Shown here: positions 1 to 10,118 of the stretch, piece after piece
How positions within the stretch are numbered: the first letter of the stretch is position 1
Layout: each line of letters starts with the position of its first letter
Sequence record: NZ_CP021276.1
DNA length: 64,000 bases
DNA from: a plasmid
Reading direction: 5' to 3' (one strand)
The notes under the pieces: model-generated
Told to the model about the DNA's origin: nothing
Database searches by the model: none
Seen by the model: only the letters and a program-made list of their open reading frames with translations
Position numbers and translations under genes: made by a program

Positions 1-423
1 ACGGACTTTCTTCAGGAGCTCGGGACAGACTTTTGTTTTGTTGCCCGACAAAAACGCATGGGGACTGGTAAAAAAGATCGTTATCTGGATTTGCTATTTT
101 TTAATCGAAGACTTCGCCGATTAATCGCTATTGACTTAAAACTTGGTGATTTTGATCCAGCTTATAAAGGCCAGATGGAATGGTATCTTAATTGGCTTGA
201 TAAAAACGAACGATTTGGTTATGAAGAAAAACCAATGGGAATTATCCTTTGCGCAGGAAAAGACCATGATGACATTGAATATCTTGAAATGGATAAAACA
301 GGGATTCATGTTGCTCAGTATTTAACTGAGATGCCACCAAAAGAAATTTTAGAAGCCCATTTACGCAAGGCTATTGCAATAGCTAGAGAGAATCATCTTA
401 AAAAATTACTGGATAAAGATTAG
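1..423 (+). CDS. YhcG/DUF1016-like PDDEXK nuclease, C-terminal part (5' end lies outside the window)
   Basis: The frame is open from nt 1. The translation TDFLQELGTDFCFVARQKR...IAIDLKLGDFDPAYKGQMEWYLNWL...GIILCAGKDHDDIEYL matches the conserved C-terminal core of the YhcG/DUF1016 family as I remember it. It ends 3 nt before the tnpA start. Confidence 0.5.
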   Translation, partial: TDFLQELGTDFCFVARQKRMGTGKKDRYLDLLFFNRRLRRLIAIDLKLGDFDPAYKGQMEWYLNWLDKNERFGYEEKPMGIILCAGKDHDDIEYLEMDKTGIHVAQYLTEMPPKEILEAHLRKAIAIARENHLKKLLDKD

Positions 424-426
424 CTC

Positions 427-3360
427 ATGCTGATGCAAGAAATTTTGGATAGCGCACCCAATCAATTTTGGCACGTACTCCCTCATGAAAAACGATTACT
501 CCAAAAAAAACGAGGATTATCGCGACTCACCTATTTATTGTTGTTTCGATGGTTTGAAAAGACTGCAAGCTTCCCAGAAGACATCAAAACAATTCCCTTG
601 GATTTAATCGATCATGGAATTGCTTTATCAGAAGAGCAAAGGTCGTATGAAGATCTACTCGATTTTTTTGAAAAAGAGCGATTAATTAATCGATATAAAC
701 AGGAAATTAGAGAACATTTTGAATTCAAGGAGTTCAATAAAGATTGTCCTTTTATTTGCGACTATTTAATGACGAATATTTTTAAAGAAAAAAATGATGA
801 GGTATTAAAATCTAAACTTTGCTTATTTCTTAAAAGTATAAAAACAGAGATTCCATCTGAAGCAGACTTACTCGAACTTATTAAAAATAAAAAGAAGGAT
901 AAAGAGGAACAGTTTTTTTCTCAAATTGATAATCTACTATCAGATAAAGATAAGAATTACATTGATGATTACCTTCTAACTAGTAATGATTTCAATGGTG
1001 TCTGTCAATTTTTAAGGCAAGACTCCAGCGATTCAACCAAAGAAGGGGTTGCGAATGAAATTAGTAGGCTTACAATATTAAATCAATTACCCGTTGAGTC
1101 GTTCAATTTTATTAGTGATATCAACATAAAACAACGAAATATTTATAGACGACGCTTTCTTACAGATACTCCTGAAAGAACAAAACGTCGAGCAGATATG
1201 AGTCGTTACTCCCTAGCCATTATATTTTGTTTTCAGCGACACCAAGAAGCAATAGATAATTTAATAGAGCACTTACTTTATTTTATCCACCAAATAAAAA
1301 AGACAGCCCAAAAGAAACAAGAAAAATTGAATAAAGAGATAGGCCAACAGCTAGGAGATCTGGACTCATTATATTCACTAGCTGAGATAAACAGAGATTT
1401 TCCAAAAGGGATTATTGAACAGGTTGTATACCCTTCTGTTTCTCAAGAAACAATAGATCACCTTATTAAAACAAGGGATTTTGCCCGTCAAATCAAGAAA
1501 AAAGTACGTGAATCTGCTATTAAGAAATACTCCAATACCTATCGTCATACTATTTTTAACATCATTGATTTCTTAAAGTTTCATTCTAACAATACTACAT
1601 TTTTGGAGGCGTTAGCACTAATCAAGCGGTATCAAAAGAGTAAGCTAAAATATTATCCAATTGAAGAAGAAGTTCCATTTTCTAGCTTAATTAGTAAACA
1701 ACATCAAAAAGAAATTACTGAGCGAGATGAGCTTAATAATTTAAGAATTTTAAGAAAAGACTATGAGTGTGCCATATTTAAACTCTTACGAATTAAACTG
1801 AAGCACAAAGAGGTTTGGGTGAATGGCGCATATAAATACCGTGACCCCATTGATGATTTGCCGAAAGACTTTGAGGAGAATCGCGTACAATATTACGCGT
1901 TATTAGAAGCACCCATACAATCACGTGACTTTACTAGTAAAATTAAAAATGAGATGGGGGAACATATTCAGCTGCTTGATGATGAATTTCCTGAAAATAA
2001 TTTAGTTACCATTATTAAGAAGAAAGGTAAACCTTGGATTGAACTTACCCCTTTAGTGAAAGTTGATGAGCCCAAGCTTATCCAACGACTCAAAGAAGCG
2101 GTTCTTTCCAAATGGGGTGTCATAGATTTACTCGATATTTTAAAAGAAGTAGATTTGCGAGAAAATTTCACAGACTGCTTCAGTACAGCTGGCAACCGTG
2201 AAATATTGGATCGTGAAACGATTCGAAAGAGGTTGTTATTATGTAATTTTGCTATTGGTACCAATGCAGGGCTTAAGAGAACAGCAGGAGCATCTAAGGG
2301 TGCTGTAACTTTTGAAGAATTAAGGCATATTAGAAACTTTTTCCTTAATAAGGATGATTTGCGTGAAGCAATTAACACCGTTGTTAATGCTATCTTTAGA
2401 ATCAGAAGCCCCAAGATATGGCGGTCAGTTTCCACAGCGTGTGCTGCGGATTCAAAGCAATTTGGTTGTTTCACTAAAAATTTGTTAACGGAATGGAGTC
2501 CGCGCCACCATAATAGTGGTGTAATGATATATTGGCATGTCAGCGATCAATACATCTGTGTTTACTCGCAGATGAAAACATGTACCTCATCTGAAGTAGC
2601 ATCCATGTTACAAGGGATTATGGATCAAGAAACTGCTATGGAGATTGAATCACAGTATGTGGATAGTCATGGCCAAAGTGAACTGGGGTTTGCTTTAAGT
2701 TACCTTGAGCAATTCGATCTACTTCCACGATATAAAACAATTGGCAATCAAAAGCTTTATTTGCCTTCCGATGATTTTCAAATAAAAAATATTAAAGAAA
2801 TTACCACACGTGCAATTAATTGGGAATTAATAGAGGACCAATACAACGAAATGATCAAACATGCTGTTGCATTAAAAGTAGGTACAGCAACCGCAGACAC
2901 GATTATTCGAAAATTTGCCAGAAGTAACTACCAACACCCTACATTTAAAGCTTTTATGGAGCTAGGAAAAGCAGTAAAAACCATTTTTTTGTGCCGTTAT
3001 CTTCATTCTGTTGAACTCAGGCAACAAATTAATGCTGGTCTGAATGTCGTTGAAAATTGGAATGGTGCCAATGATTTTGTATATTATGGCAAAAGCGGAG
3101 AAATCACATCAAATGCTCGTGATGACCAAGAAATCTCAATGCTTTGCTTACACCTACTTCAAACGAGTATTTCTTACGTTAATACATTGCTAATCGAAGA
3201 ACTATTACAAGACGAATATTGGCTAAGCCGATTAAGCGAAGAGGATTACAGGGCCTTAACCGCCTTATTCTACTTACACATCAATCCATATGGCAGTTTT
3301 GAAGTGGATTTAACAAAACGATTGATGATTAGGCCTATCTTGGAAGGAGCTATAGCATGA
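427..3360 (+). CDS. tnpA: Tn3-family transposase TnpA
   Basis: 977 aa. C-terminal blocks align with Tn3 TnpA as I remember it: VMIYWHVSDQY vs ITWYNFVSDQY; LNVVENWNGANDFVYYGKSGEI vs LNRGESRHAVARAICHGQKGEI; DQEISMLCLHLLQTSISYVNTLLIEELL vs DQLGALGLVTNAVVLWNTIYMQAAL. Confidence 0.85.
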   Translation: MLMQEILDSAPNQFWHVLPHEKRLLQKKRGLSRLTYLLLFRWFEKTASFPEDIKTIPLDLIDHGIALSEEQRSYEDLLDFFEKERLINRYKQEIREHFEFKEFNKDCPFICDYLMTNIFKEKNDEVLKSKLCLFLKSIKTEIPSEADLLELIKNKKKDKEEQFFSQIDNLLSDKDKNYIDDYLLTSNDFNGVCQFLRQDSSDSTKEGVANEISRLTILNQLPVESFNFISDINIKQRNIYRRRFLTDTPERTKRRADMSRYSLAIIFCFQRHQEAIDNLIEHLLYFIHQIKKTAQKKQEKLNKEIGQQLGDLDSLYSLAEINRDFPKGIIEQVVYPSVSQETIDHLIKTRDFARQIKKKVRESAIKKYSNTYRHTIFNIIDFLKFHSNNTTFLEALALIKRYQKSKLKYYPIEEEVPFSSLISKQHQKEITERDELNNLRILRKDYECAIFKLLRIKLKHKEVWVNGAYKYRDPIDDLPKDFEENRVQYYALLEAPIQSRDFTSKIKNEMGEHIQLLDDEFPENNLVTIIKKKGKPWIELTPLVKVDEPKLIQRLKEAVLSKWGVIDLLDILKEVDLRENFTDCFSTAGNREILDRETIRKRLLLCNFAIGTNAGLKRTAGASKGAVTFEELRHIRNFFLNKDDLREAINTVVNAIFRIRSPKIWRSVSTACAADSKQFGCFTKNLLTEWSPRHHNSGVMIYWHVSDQYICVYSQMKTCTSSEVASMLQGIMDQETAMEIESQYVDSHGQSELGFALSYLEQFDLLPRYKTIGNQKLYLPSDDFQIKNIKEITTRAINWELIEDQYNEMIKHAVALKVGTATADTIIRKFARSNYQHPTFKAFMELGKAVKTIFLCRYLHSVELRQQINAGLNVVENWNGANDFVYYGKSGEITSNARDDQEISMLCLHLLQTSISYVNTLLIEELLQDEYWLSRLSEEDYRALTALFYLHINPYGSFEVDLTKRLMIRPILEGAIA

Positions 3361-4055
3361 GAACCCCAACTAAAGAGATTGTAAAAAAAATCAGTAAAAT
3401 TTTGAGAGATGAGCGGCCTGATTATATTTATTTAAGGGATTTATTTAAAAAAATACGGGAAGAGTTTGATATTGTAGTGACAACACATCCCAAACGATTA
3501 CCTTGTGTACCCACAGAAGAGGAACTGAGACAGTATTACAATATTGTCTGGCAAACAAGAAACACTAAACACATGGTATTGATTAGAGTATTGCTTTATA
3601 CAGGTATCAGAGTCCAGGAATTAGTCAATATTAAAATGAATGATATTGATTTTGATCGTTGCCAGATAAGGATTAATCACGGAAAAGGCAATAAAGATCG
3701 GATCGTACCATTTCCAGATACCTTCAAAGAAACGCTTATTCTTTTTGTTCATTCAGAACTGGCAAAAGGTGCTCTCTATTTATTTGAATCAAATAGAAAA
3801 AAACCATTTACGACCCGGGGAGTAAGAAAGATTTTAGCTGAGTATGCCACTGAAGCAGGGATGCAACAATCTATCTCGCCACATAAACTTAGACATTTTT
3901 TATTTACATGGCTTAAAAAACAAGGTATAGATGATGCCTTAATTCAGCCTTATTCAGGACATGAAACCAGGCAGTCGCTAGAAATATATTCAAAATTATC
4001 GTTAGCAGATGCACAAGAGATATATAACGAAAAAATAGATAAATTTCCAATTTAA
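3357..4055 (+). CDS. Tyrosine site-specific recombinase (TnpI/XerD-like resolvase of the transposon)
   Basis: 232 aa. It overlaps the tnpA stop (ATGA). The C-terminal RHFLFTWLKKQGID...GHETRQSLEIYSKL has the R..H..R..Y pattern of tyrosine recombinases. Confidence 0.7.
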   Translation: MRTPTKEIVKKISKILRDERPDYIYLRDLFKKIREEFDIVVTTHPKRLPCVPTEEELRQYYNIVWQTRNTKHMVLIRVLLYTGIRVQELVNIKMNDIDFDRCQIRINHGKGNKDRIVPFPDTFKETLILFVHSELAKGALYLFESNRKKPFTTRGVRKILAEYATEAGMQQSISPHKLRHFLFTWLKKQGIDDALIQPYSGHETRQSLEIYSKLSLADAQEIYNEKIDKFPI

Positions 4056-4119
4056 GCATAGAACAGCGTTAAGAGCCTAATGAAACGAACATACTGAAAA
4101 ATATAAAGATTTTTAATCT

Positions 4120-4389
4120 TTGTTATTTAAAAGTAATAAAAAAAACAGATTGCCAACAAAAATACTTTGGGGAATGTATATGAAATTGTTTAATCAAAAA
4201 CCAATAGATAAAGAAGAAAAGGAAAAGCGAGTTCAATTTTTAAAAAATATTCACTCTCTATTATCTAGCGATCCCTCAATGCCTAGCGAAGAGAAACAAA
4301 AGATATTAATTGGCGCATTGTTGCATACAGGTCTTACTAAAGATGAAGTGCAAGAAACGATCTTAAATAAATATAATTATAATGCTTAG
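4120..4389 (+). CDS. Hypothetical small protein (89 aa), AT-rich
   Basis: ORF only. There is no recognisable domain. Confidence 0.25.
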   Translation: MLFKSNKKNRLPTKILWGMYMKLFNQKPIDKEEKEKRVQFLKNIHSLLSSDPSMPSEEKQKILIGALLHTGLTKDEVQETILNKYNYNA

Positions 4390-4502
4390 AGGCGGAACTA
4401 TTTGCCTGAAATTATGGTCATTTTTGGCCTTAAACTGGATAGGATAGTAAGCGAAATGGCAACAAATGACAACTACAATTTTAAAGTGGGAACTAATGTT
4501 GA

Positions 4503-6056
4503 CCGAAAACAGGATCTACGTACACACTAGGCCCTGCAGGCCCTAATGGCCCATTAAGCCCGTTAGGAGTTGAAATTAAAATGCTACCCGATGACAACGT
4601 GAATACCTTTTTAGTGTCCGTTGATGCAGGCGCTAACGCAACGTTAACGAAAACAAACGAGTTACTTCGCGAACTTAGTGCAACCATCCAAAAAAATCCT
4701 TACGTCACAGACTTGGAGCTGTACTTAGGAGAATCAGCCCCAGAAGATTTTGCCGCTCTGGTGCGTGGAGATAATCTATTAAGAGGCAGTCAATACGGGC
4801 AAATACGCGTGAATTTGGTGAACAAACATCATCGAGCTATTGGCTCACACCAAATTGCAACACAGGTTTACCAGGGACTTGTGCATTTGCAAAAACAACA
4901 TCCCCAAAGCCATATCAAGCTTTTTGAAAGCCCTCCTGGGCCGCCTGTTCGCTCACAAATGGAGGCAGGTCTCTACGGGCCTAATTACAATGAATTGAGG
5001 TCTGTCGCTAATAAGATAACCTCTGAAGTGTATCCCAAAATATACGGCATGATAAATATTGATAACTCAGTGACTCAAGACACCAATCAATACCGCATTG
5101 AAATCAATCATAATGCAGTCATGCTGGCAGGCTTAGCCCCAAAAACGGTAGCGCAGGAGGTAAGCGCTTTGTTCAAGGGTATTTCCATCGGAAATGCACA
5201 TGAACCCAATGCCAGACAGCCCGAGCACATCATCTTACGTCTTCCGCAAAAGGCACGTGAAGTTGCTCAAGTACTTAATCAGCTGTGTTTAAAAAATCAG
5301 CAACAACAACTAATCCCTCTGGCAAAAATTGCAACCTTACATGAAGATAAAGAGGAAAAACCCATCTTCACTAAAGATCAAACACCCGTTGTTTATGTAA
5401 CCGGTGAAGTGTTGGGCACGAGCCCTGCTTATGCGGTCACTTCTGCAACAAATATGCTCAAGAAGCCCCCTTTTTCAATGGGGGTTGAAAATTTAGGATT
5501 TCATGAATCACAGCCTAATCGCTTTGCTAAAAGTCAACTCTTTTGGCTTGGTGAAATGCGCCTGACGTTGGATGTTTTTCGTGATTTAGGCTCAGCCTTT
5601 ATTGTGGCTATAGTCTTGATTTATATTTTACTAACAGCTTTTTACCAGTCGTTTTTTATTCCCCTAATTATTATGGGGGCTATACCGCTAACTGTCATTG
5701 GCGTTTTTCCTGGCCATTGGTTAATGAACCAACCGTTCACTGCCACGTCCATGATAGGGGTAATTGCTTTAGCCGGAATTGTTGTTCGAAATTCGCTATT
5801 ACTCATCGATTTTATTTTAGAACATCAACATCGAGGTTCCTCTATCGTAGAAGCCGTTATTGAGTCAGGCGTGGAGCGAATTCTACCGATTGTCTTAACA
5901 GCACTTGCTATTATTCTGGGCTCCGCTGTGATGTTATCCGATCCTGTCTTTGGCGGCCTTGCTATTTCTTTGATATTTGGTTCATTTGCTTCAACAGTAC
6001 TTACCTTGTTTTTAATTCCATTGATCTATTTAAGTTGGTGGAAGCGTAACCATTAA
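4503..6056 (+). pseudogene. RND efflux permease, C-terminal ~half only (5'-truncated gene remnant)
   Basis: The frame is open only from 4503, with three in-frame stops at 4467–4502. The translation shows the RND periplasmic and TM7-12 region (...AIPLTVIGVFPGHWLMNQPFTATSMIGVIALAGIVVRNSLLLIDFILE...). It is related to, but clearly distinct from, the intact czcA at 10482–13640. Confidence 0.7.
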
Positions 6057-6074
6057 TTAGTATTAGGAGAATAG

Positions 6075-6275
6075 ATGATGACTATTGAACGTATTATTCG
6101 AATTGTCGCTGGTGCCTTTGTTTTGATATCACTCGCTCTAGGCGTGTCGACCAGCCCAGTATTTATCAACGTTAATTTTTTATGGTTTACGGTATTTGTA
6201 GGAGCTAATCTTTTGCAAAGTGGATTTACAGGATTTTGTCCTCTTGAAATGATTTTAAAGAAGTTTATTGGGTAA
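6075..6275 (+). CDS. YgaP-like / DUF2892 small inner-membrane protein
   Basis: 66 aa with two TM segments and a GFCPLE-type motif. Such genes commonly neighbour metal and sulfur genes. Confidence 0.45.
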   Translation: MMTIERIIRIVAGAFVLISLALGVSTSPVFINVNFLWFTVFVGANLLQSGFTGFCPLEMILKKFIG

Positions 6276-6481
6276 GAGCTAGTATTCGGATATAAAAAAT
6301 TAACGAAGTAAAATAAATAGGAACTAGTGTTACGAGTAATTTAACCCATAATGCCACCAGCGACATCGACAATTAAAAAGCCTCCCGTGAGCAAAAGAGC
6401 GAACCAAAGTAACTGCTCTTTTGAGTATTTTTTTAATCATGAGGTACATCCTTACTCATTATTGCTCCTCATCACCACCAG

Positions 6482-6655
6482 CTAATTTAATTTAAATGAA
6501 ACACCATGTAAGAAAATTGCGGCAAGAATAAGAAAAGTAATTAAAGCGGTGTAAAAATGAATGGTTTTCTTAGTTTTTCTGAACCAGAAGATAAGACCAA
6601 TCAATACAATAATTGCAATACCTAAAGAACCTAAAAACCATCCATTAGTAAACAT
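6482..6655 (-). CDS. Unannotated small membrane protein (57 aa, 2 TM)
   Basis: I hand-translated the minus strand: MFTNGWFLGSLGIAIIVLIGLIFWFRKTKKTIHFYTALITFLILAAIFLHGVSFKLN. It is below the ORF-track length cutoff. Confidence 0.25.
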   Translation of the reverse strand: MFTNGWFLGSLGIAIIVLIGLIFWFRKTKKTIHFYTALITFLILAAIFLHGVSFKLN

Positions 6656-6668
6656 TATGTTTTCCTAT

Positions 6669-6833
6669 TTAGTCGTTCTTAGGTTGGTGGTTATGACCTC
6701 CATCACCACCAAATCCTCCCTCATAGCCAACCTCAGGATGAGCTGGAGCAGGTGTTGTTTTAGGAGTGCAGGCAGTTAAGCCCAGACCCAATAAACCGAT
6801 CAATACAATTATTTTAAATCCATTAATATTCAT
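6669..6833 (-). CDS. Unannotated small lipoprotein (54 aa) with a Gly/His-rich tail
   Basis: I hand-translated the minus strand: MNINGFKIIVLIGLLGLGLTACTPKTTPAPAHPEVGYEGGFGGDGGHNHQPKND. It has a lipobox (LTAC) and an AAGGAG RBS 7 nt upstream. Confidence 0.35.
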   Translation of the reverse strand: MNINGFKIIVLIGLLGLGLTACTPKTTPAPAHPEVGYEGGFGGDGGHNHQPKND

Positions 6834-6956
6834 TATTTCTCCTTAACAGCCAATCAAAATAACATGAAACTACTTACATCGTAATATACTCAATAACATA
6901 AGATAAATGCATCTTATCTTCTCCAATTTTACGTTTACACGCCACCTTTAAAAAAT

Positions 6957-7376
6957 TCATTTTTTAATATTCTTTACAAAATCAAGCAACTGTACTGCAT
7001 CCTTCTTGGATATAGGTTTTTTAAAATAAGTAGCGCTATCGTGCAGGTTTTCCTGATTAGGGTTGGAAGTTAAAATGATCATAGGCGTATGGTTGTTTAA
7101 TACTGAATTTTTTTGTATCTGGTCAATCAGCTCATGGCAATTTAAATTTTTATCCACTAAAATAAAATCATAAACTCTCATGAAAGCCAACTCTCTTGCC
7201 GAGTCATCATCTCCTGCCATATCCACCAAATGCTTCAACTCTAATAAATGCATACGAATGAGAATACGAATTCCTAATGAGGATTCCACCACTAAAAAAC
7301 GCAATGGATGAGCGCTGCATTGTTCATTTTCAACCCAATCATTCATCATGCAACCTCTTTCGTGACAAACCCGCAA
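6957..7376 (-). CDS. Stand-alone receiver (REC/CheY-like) domain protein, last gene of the P-type ATPase operon
   Basis: Has FILVDKNL (phospho-acceptor Asp), IILTSN (Thr/Ser) and FKKPI (Lys-Pro). It lies 9 nt downstream of the ATPase stop. Confidence 0.55.
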   Translation of the reverse strand: MRVCHERGCMMNDWVENEQCSAHPLRFLVVESSLGIRILIRMHLLELKHLVDMAGDDDSARELAFMRVYDFILVDKNLNCHELIDQIQKNSVLNNHTPMIILTSNPNQENLHDSATYFKKPISKKDAVQLLDFVKNIKK

Positions 7377-7385
7377 AGACTCTCA

Positions 7386-9542
7386 TTATCCATTCATTTC
7401 CTGATATTCAGAATGCCCTTTATGGGAATTAAGTAAGCGCAGACCATTCGCAACAACAATTAGACTCGCACCCATATCAGCAAATACCGCCATCCATAGC
7501 GTTGCGAATCCTCCCAAGGCCAGAATAAAAAACACCCCTTTGATGGCAAGGGACAAAGTAATATTTTGGCGAAGAATACGCGCCGTTTTTCGGCTTAAAT
7601 CAATGTATAAAGGCAGCATGGCTAAATTATCATTCATTAATGCAACATCTGCCGTTTCTAAAGCGGTATCAGTACCTTTCCCCATTGCAAAACTAATCGT
7701 AGCCTTAGCCAAGGCTGGAGCGTCATTGATTCCATCCCCCACCATTCCTACCGTTTTATACTGTTCCAAAAGGTGATTAATTGCTTGTAATTTTTCAGTA
7801 GGCAAGACATTCGCCTGCACTTCATCAATCCCCACCACTTTGGCAATGGCTTTAGCTGTTAAGGCATTATCACCCGTTAACATCGCTGTTTTAAGTCCTT
7901 GTTGATGCAAGGTGTCAATTGCCCATTTGCTTGTAGAGCGCAAAGTATCAGCCACCGCAAAAACCGCCAAAACTACCGCTGAATTACTCAAAATGACTGT
8001 TGTTTTTCCTTCCTCTTCCAAACGCTTAAGTTCCTGCTCTACAGCAAGAGAGCACACCTTATTATCTTCTGCCAGTTGATGATTTCCAACGTAATACAGT
8101 TCTTGACTAATAATGCCTTGCACCCCGCGGCCAGGAAGTGCTGAAAATTGCTCTACCTCAAATAAAGACCCATTAGGTTGGCTTTGCTTCCAATACTCAA
8201 CCAAAGCATGAGCCACTGGATGTTCCGAATGACTATCAAGGCTTGCAGCCAGCACTAACAAGTATTCTTTTGGTTGGATTTTATCGTAAACGATAAAATC
8301 AGTCACCACAGGCTTCCCCTCAGTTAAGGTGCCTGTTTTATCCAGGGCAATTAATTTGAGCTGGTGCCCCAGTTCTAAATAGCTGCCGCCTTTGATAAGA
8401 AGACCATGTTGTGCTGCTGAAGCCAATCCGCTGACTACCGTTACCGGTGTAGAGATGACCAAAGCACAAGGGCAAGCAATAACCAATAACGTTAAGGCCT
8501 TATAAATCCAATCATAAAAAGGATAACCAAACACCAACGGGGGAATAAGTGCAATAACCAGTGCAATCAAGACCATAATTGGGGTGTAGTATTTGGCAAA
8601 CTCATCGACAAAGCGTTGCGTTGGTGCCCGCTCACTTTGTGCCTGCTCAATGGCTTTACCAATTTTAGCAAGCAACGTATCACCCGAAGCCTTAGTGACT
8701 TTAACTTCAAAGGCACCGTGCTCATTTAAGGTTCCGGCAAACACGTCATCACCTACTTGCTTGCTCACCGGCATGGATTCCCCTGTAATCGGGGCTTGAT
8801 TGACCGTACTTTGTCCCGATATCAACACCCCATCCAGTGGGATGCGCTCACCGGGTTTTACTTTAAATACCGCACCGACCGCTACATCTTCTACAGGCAA
8901 AGTCTGCCATTGACCATTATCCATTTTAATCCGAGCCACCTCTGGTGCAATTTGCATGAGACTGCGAATGGCAAGGCGGGCTTTATCTAATGAATAACGT
9001 TCGATTCGCTCAGCAAGAGCAAATAAAACGGTGACCATCGCAGCTTCCGGCCAGGCACCTATAATCATAGCCCCGGTGATTGCAATTAACATCAGGCTAT
9101 TAATATTCATGGCCTTAGTACGAAGCGCGATTAAACCCTTCTTAAAAGTAGAAGGGCCACTTAAGATAATGGCAAGCACCGCAGGCAAAATGACCCAGAT
9201 TGATTGCTCTTTGGCAATGAAATAAGCAGTTAACTCAGAGCAAAGCGCTAAAAGACCTGCCAAAGCAAGCAATGGCCATGACGAATCAACTTGCTTCTTC
9301 TCTTCTTTTGCAGAGGAGGTACTGCCTTGAACCCGAACACTCATGCCTAACGCTTCAATTTGTTTTTGCAACACATCAATAGCTGGAAGACGATGGTGCA
9401 CGGTCACTTCCTCAGCAATGAAATTAAAATCCATCTGCGCCACTTCAGGAATCACTTTTAATTGCCGCCTGATTAATTGCTCTTCAGCCGGGCAATCAAG
9501 GCCTGCAACAAAAAAAGTGGTTAAGGTTAGAGGCTTTGTCAT
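7386..9542 (-). CDS. P1B-type heavy-metal (Zn/Cd/Pb-type) translocating ATPase
   Basis: Has an N-terminal HMA domain (GLDCPAEEQ), CPC (ACPCALVISTP), DKTGTLT, GDGINDAP and an HP motif. I chose the start at MTKPLTL (9542), which makes a 4-nt overlap with the upstream zinc-ribbon gene. The longest ORF runs to 9605. Confidence 0.85.
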   Translation of the reverse strand: MTKPLTLTTFFVAGLDCPAEEQLIRRQLKVIPEVAQMDFNFIAEEVTVHHRLPAIDVLQKQIEALGMSVRVQGSTSSAKEEKKQVDSSWPLLALAGLLALCSELTAYFIAKEQSIWVILPAVLAIILSGPSTFKKGLIALRTKAMNINSLMLIAITGAMIIGAWPEAAMVTVLFALAERIERYSLDKARLAIRSLMQIAPEVARIKMDNGQWQTLPVEDVAVGAVFKVKPGERIPLDGVLISGQSTVNQAPITGESMPVSKQVGDDVFAGTLNEHGAFEVKVTKASGDTLLAKIGKAIEQAQSERAPTQRFVDEFAKYYTPIMVLIALVIALIPPLVFGYPFYDWIYKALTLLVIACPCALVISTPVTVVSGLASAAQHGLLIKGGSYLELGHQLKLIALDKTGTLTEGKPVVTDFIVYDKIQPKEYLLVLAASLDSHSEHPVAHALVEYWKQSQPNGSLFEVEQFSALPGRGVQGIISQELYYVGNHQLAEDNKVCSLAVEQELKRLEEEGKTTVILSNSAVVLAVFAVADTLRSTSKWAIDTLHQQGLKTAMLTGDNALTAKAIAKVVGIDEVQANVLPTEKLQAINHLLEQYKTVGMVGDGINDAPALAKATISFAMGKGTDTALETADVALMNDNLAMLPLYIDLSRKTARILRQNITLSLAIKGVFFILALGGFATLWMAVFADMGASLIVVANGLRLLNSHKGHSEYQEMNG

Positions 9543-9808
9543 AATGAGCCCCCACATTGGCCGCAAAAATTTGCCCCTGCAGCAATAGTGGCGCCACAAC
9601 TGCATTGAGTATTCTCAAGACCACTGCCACATTGACTACAAAATCGTGATCCAGGAGCTAGAGAGCTCTTACAGCGCGGGCAACTCAATCCTCTTGGCTC
9701 AGGATTGGTTGAGTAATTATTCTGTTGGCTTATTTGGCCATGATGAGAGCGTCGGTATCCGCCATGATGGCCGCCAAGACTTCCAAGCATTCGTTTTAGA
9801 AAACTCAT
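9539..9808 (-). CDS. Small His-rich, double zinc-ribbon protein
   Basis: 89 aa. Contains HHGGYRRSHHGQ, then CPRCKSS...CSQCGSGL and CSCGA...CGQCGG (two CxxC-x-CxxC ribbons). It is translationally coupled between arsR and the ATPase. Confidence 0.5.
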   Translation of the reverse strand: MSFLKRMLGSLGGHHGGYRRSHHGQISQQNNYSTNPEPRGLSCPRCKSSLAPGSRFCSQCGSGLENTQCSCGATIAAGANFCGQCGGSL

Positions 9809-9809
9809 G

Positions 9810-10106
9810 TTAATTCTCCGTCTCTTCAGTAAAGTGTTTGAGCATGTCCTCTAAAATACAACGCACATGCGCATCATAAATAGTGTAATAAATATGCTTT
9901 CCCTCTCTATTTGCTAGAAGAAGGCGTGCAGAACGTAACAGACTTAAATGATGGCTCGCCAATGGCACCGAAAGTTGCAGTTGTTCCGCCAGCTCTGAAA
10001 CTGATTTTGGACCATGCAAACACTCGATAAGAAGCTTTAAACGATTAGGCTCACCCATCAAATGCAAGATATCGCTTAAAGTGATGATTTGGTCTTGAGT
10101 TAGCAT
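9810..10106 (-). CDS. ArsR/SmtB-family metalloregulatory repressor
   Basis: 98 aa. The HTH block ELAEQLQLSVPLASHHLSLLRSARLL is present. It is the first gene of the operon. Confidence 0.8.
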   Translation of the reverse strand: MLTQDQIITLSDILHLMGEPNRLKLLIECLHGPKSVSELAEQLQLSVPLASHHLSLLRSARLLLANREGKHIYYTIYDAHVRCILEDMLKHFTEETEN

Positions 10107-10118
10107 AGTTTATTAAAC

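Larger units (their letters stand above)
1..4502. mobile_element. Tn3-family transposon segment (cargo nuclease fragment, tnpA, tyrosine recombinase). The left end is outside the window and the right end is undefined, lying somewhere between 4056 and 4502.
   Basis: A Tn3-type TnpA is translationally coupled to a tyrosine recombinase. An RND pump gene resumes in frame only from ~4503, so it is 5'-truncated. I could not locate 38-bp GGGG... terminal inverted repeats. Confidence 0.45.

Noticed and set aside
1968-2474. 168-aa minus-strand ORF inside tnpA
   Set aside because: It is wholly embedded antisense in the transposase gene and is low-complexity.
7540-9588. Several + strand ORFs (7540–7776, 8593–8799, 8757–8990, 9031–9225, 9343–9588) within the P-type ATPase gene
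   Set aside because: They are antisense to a gene with all P1B-ATPase signature motifs.
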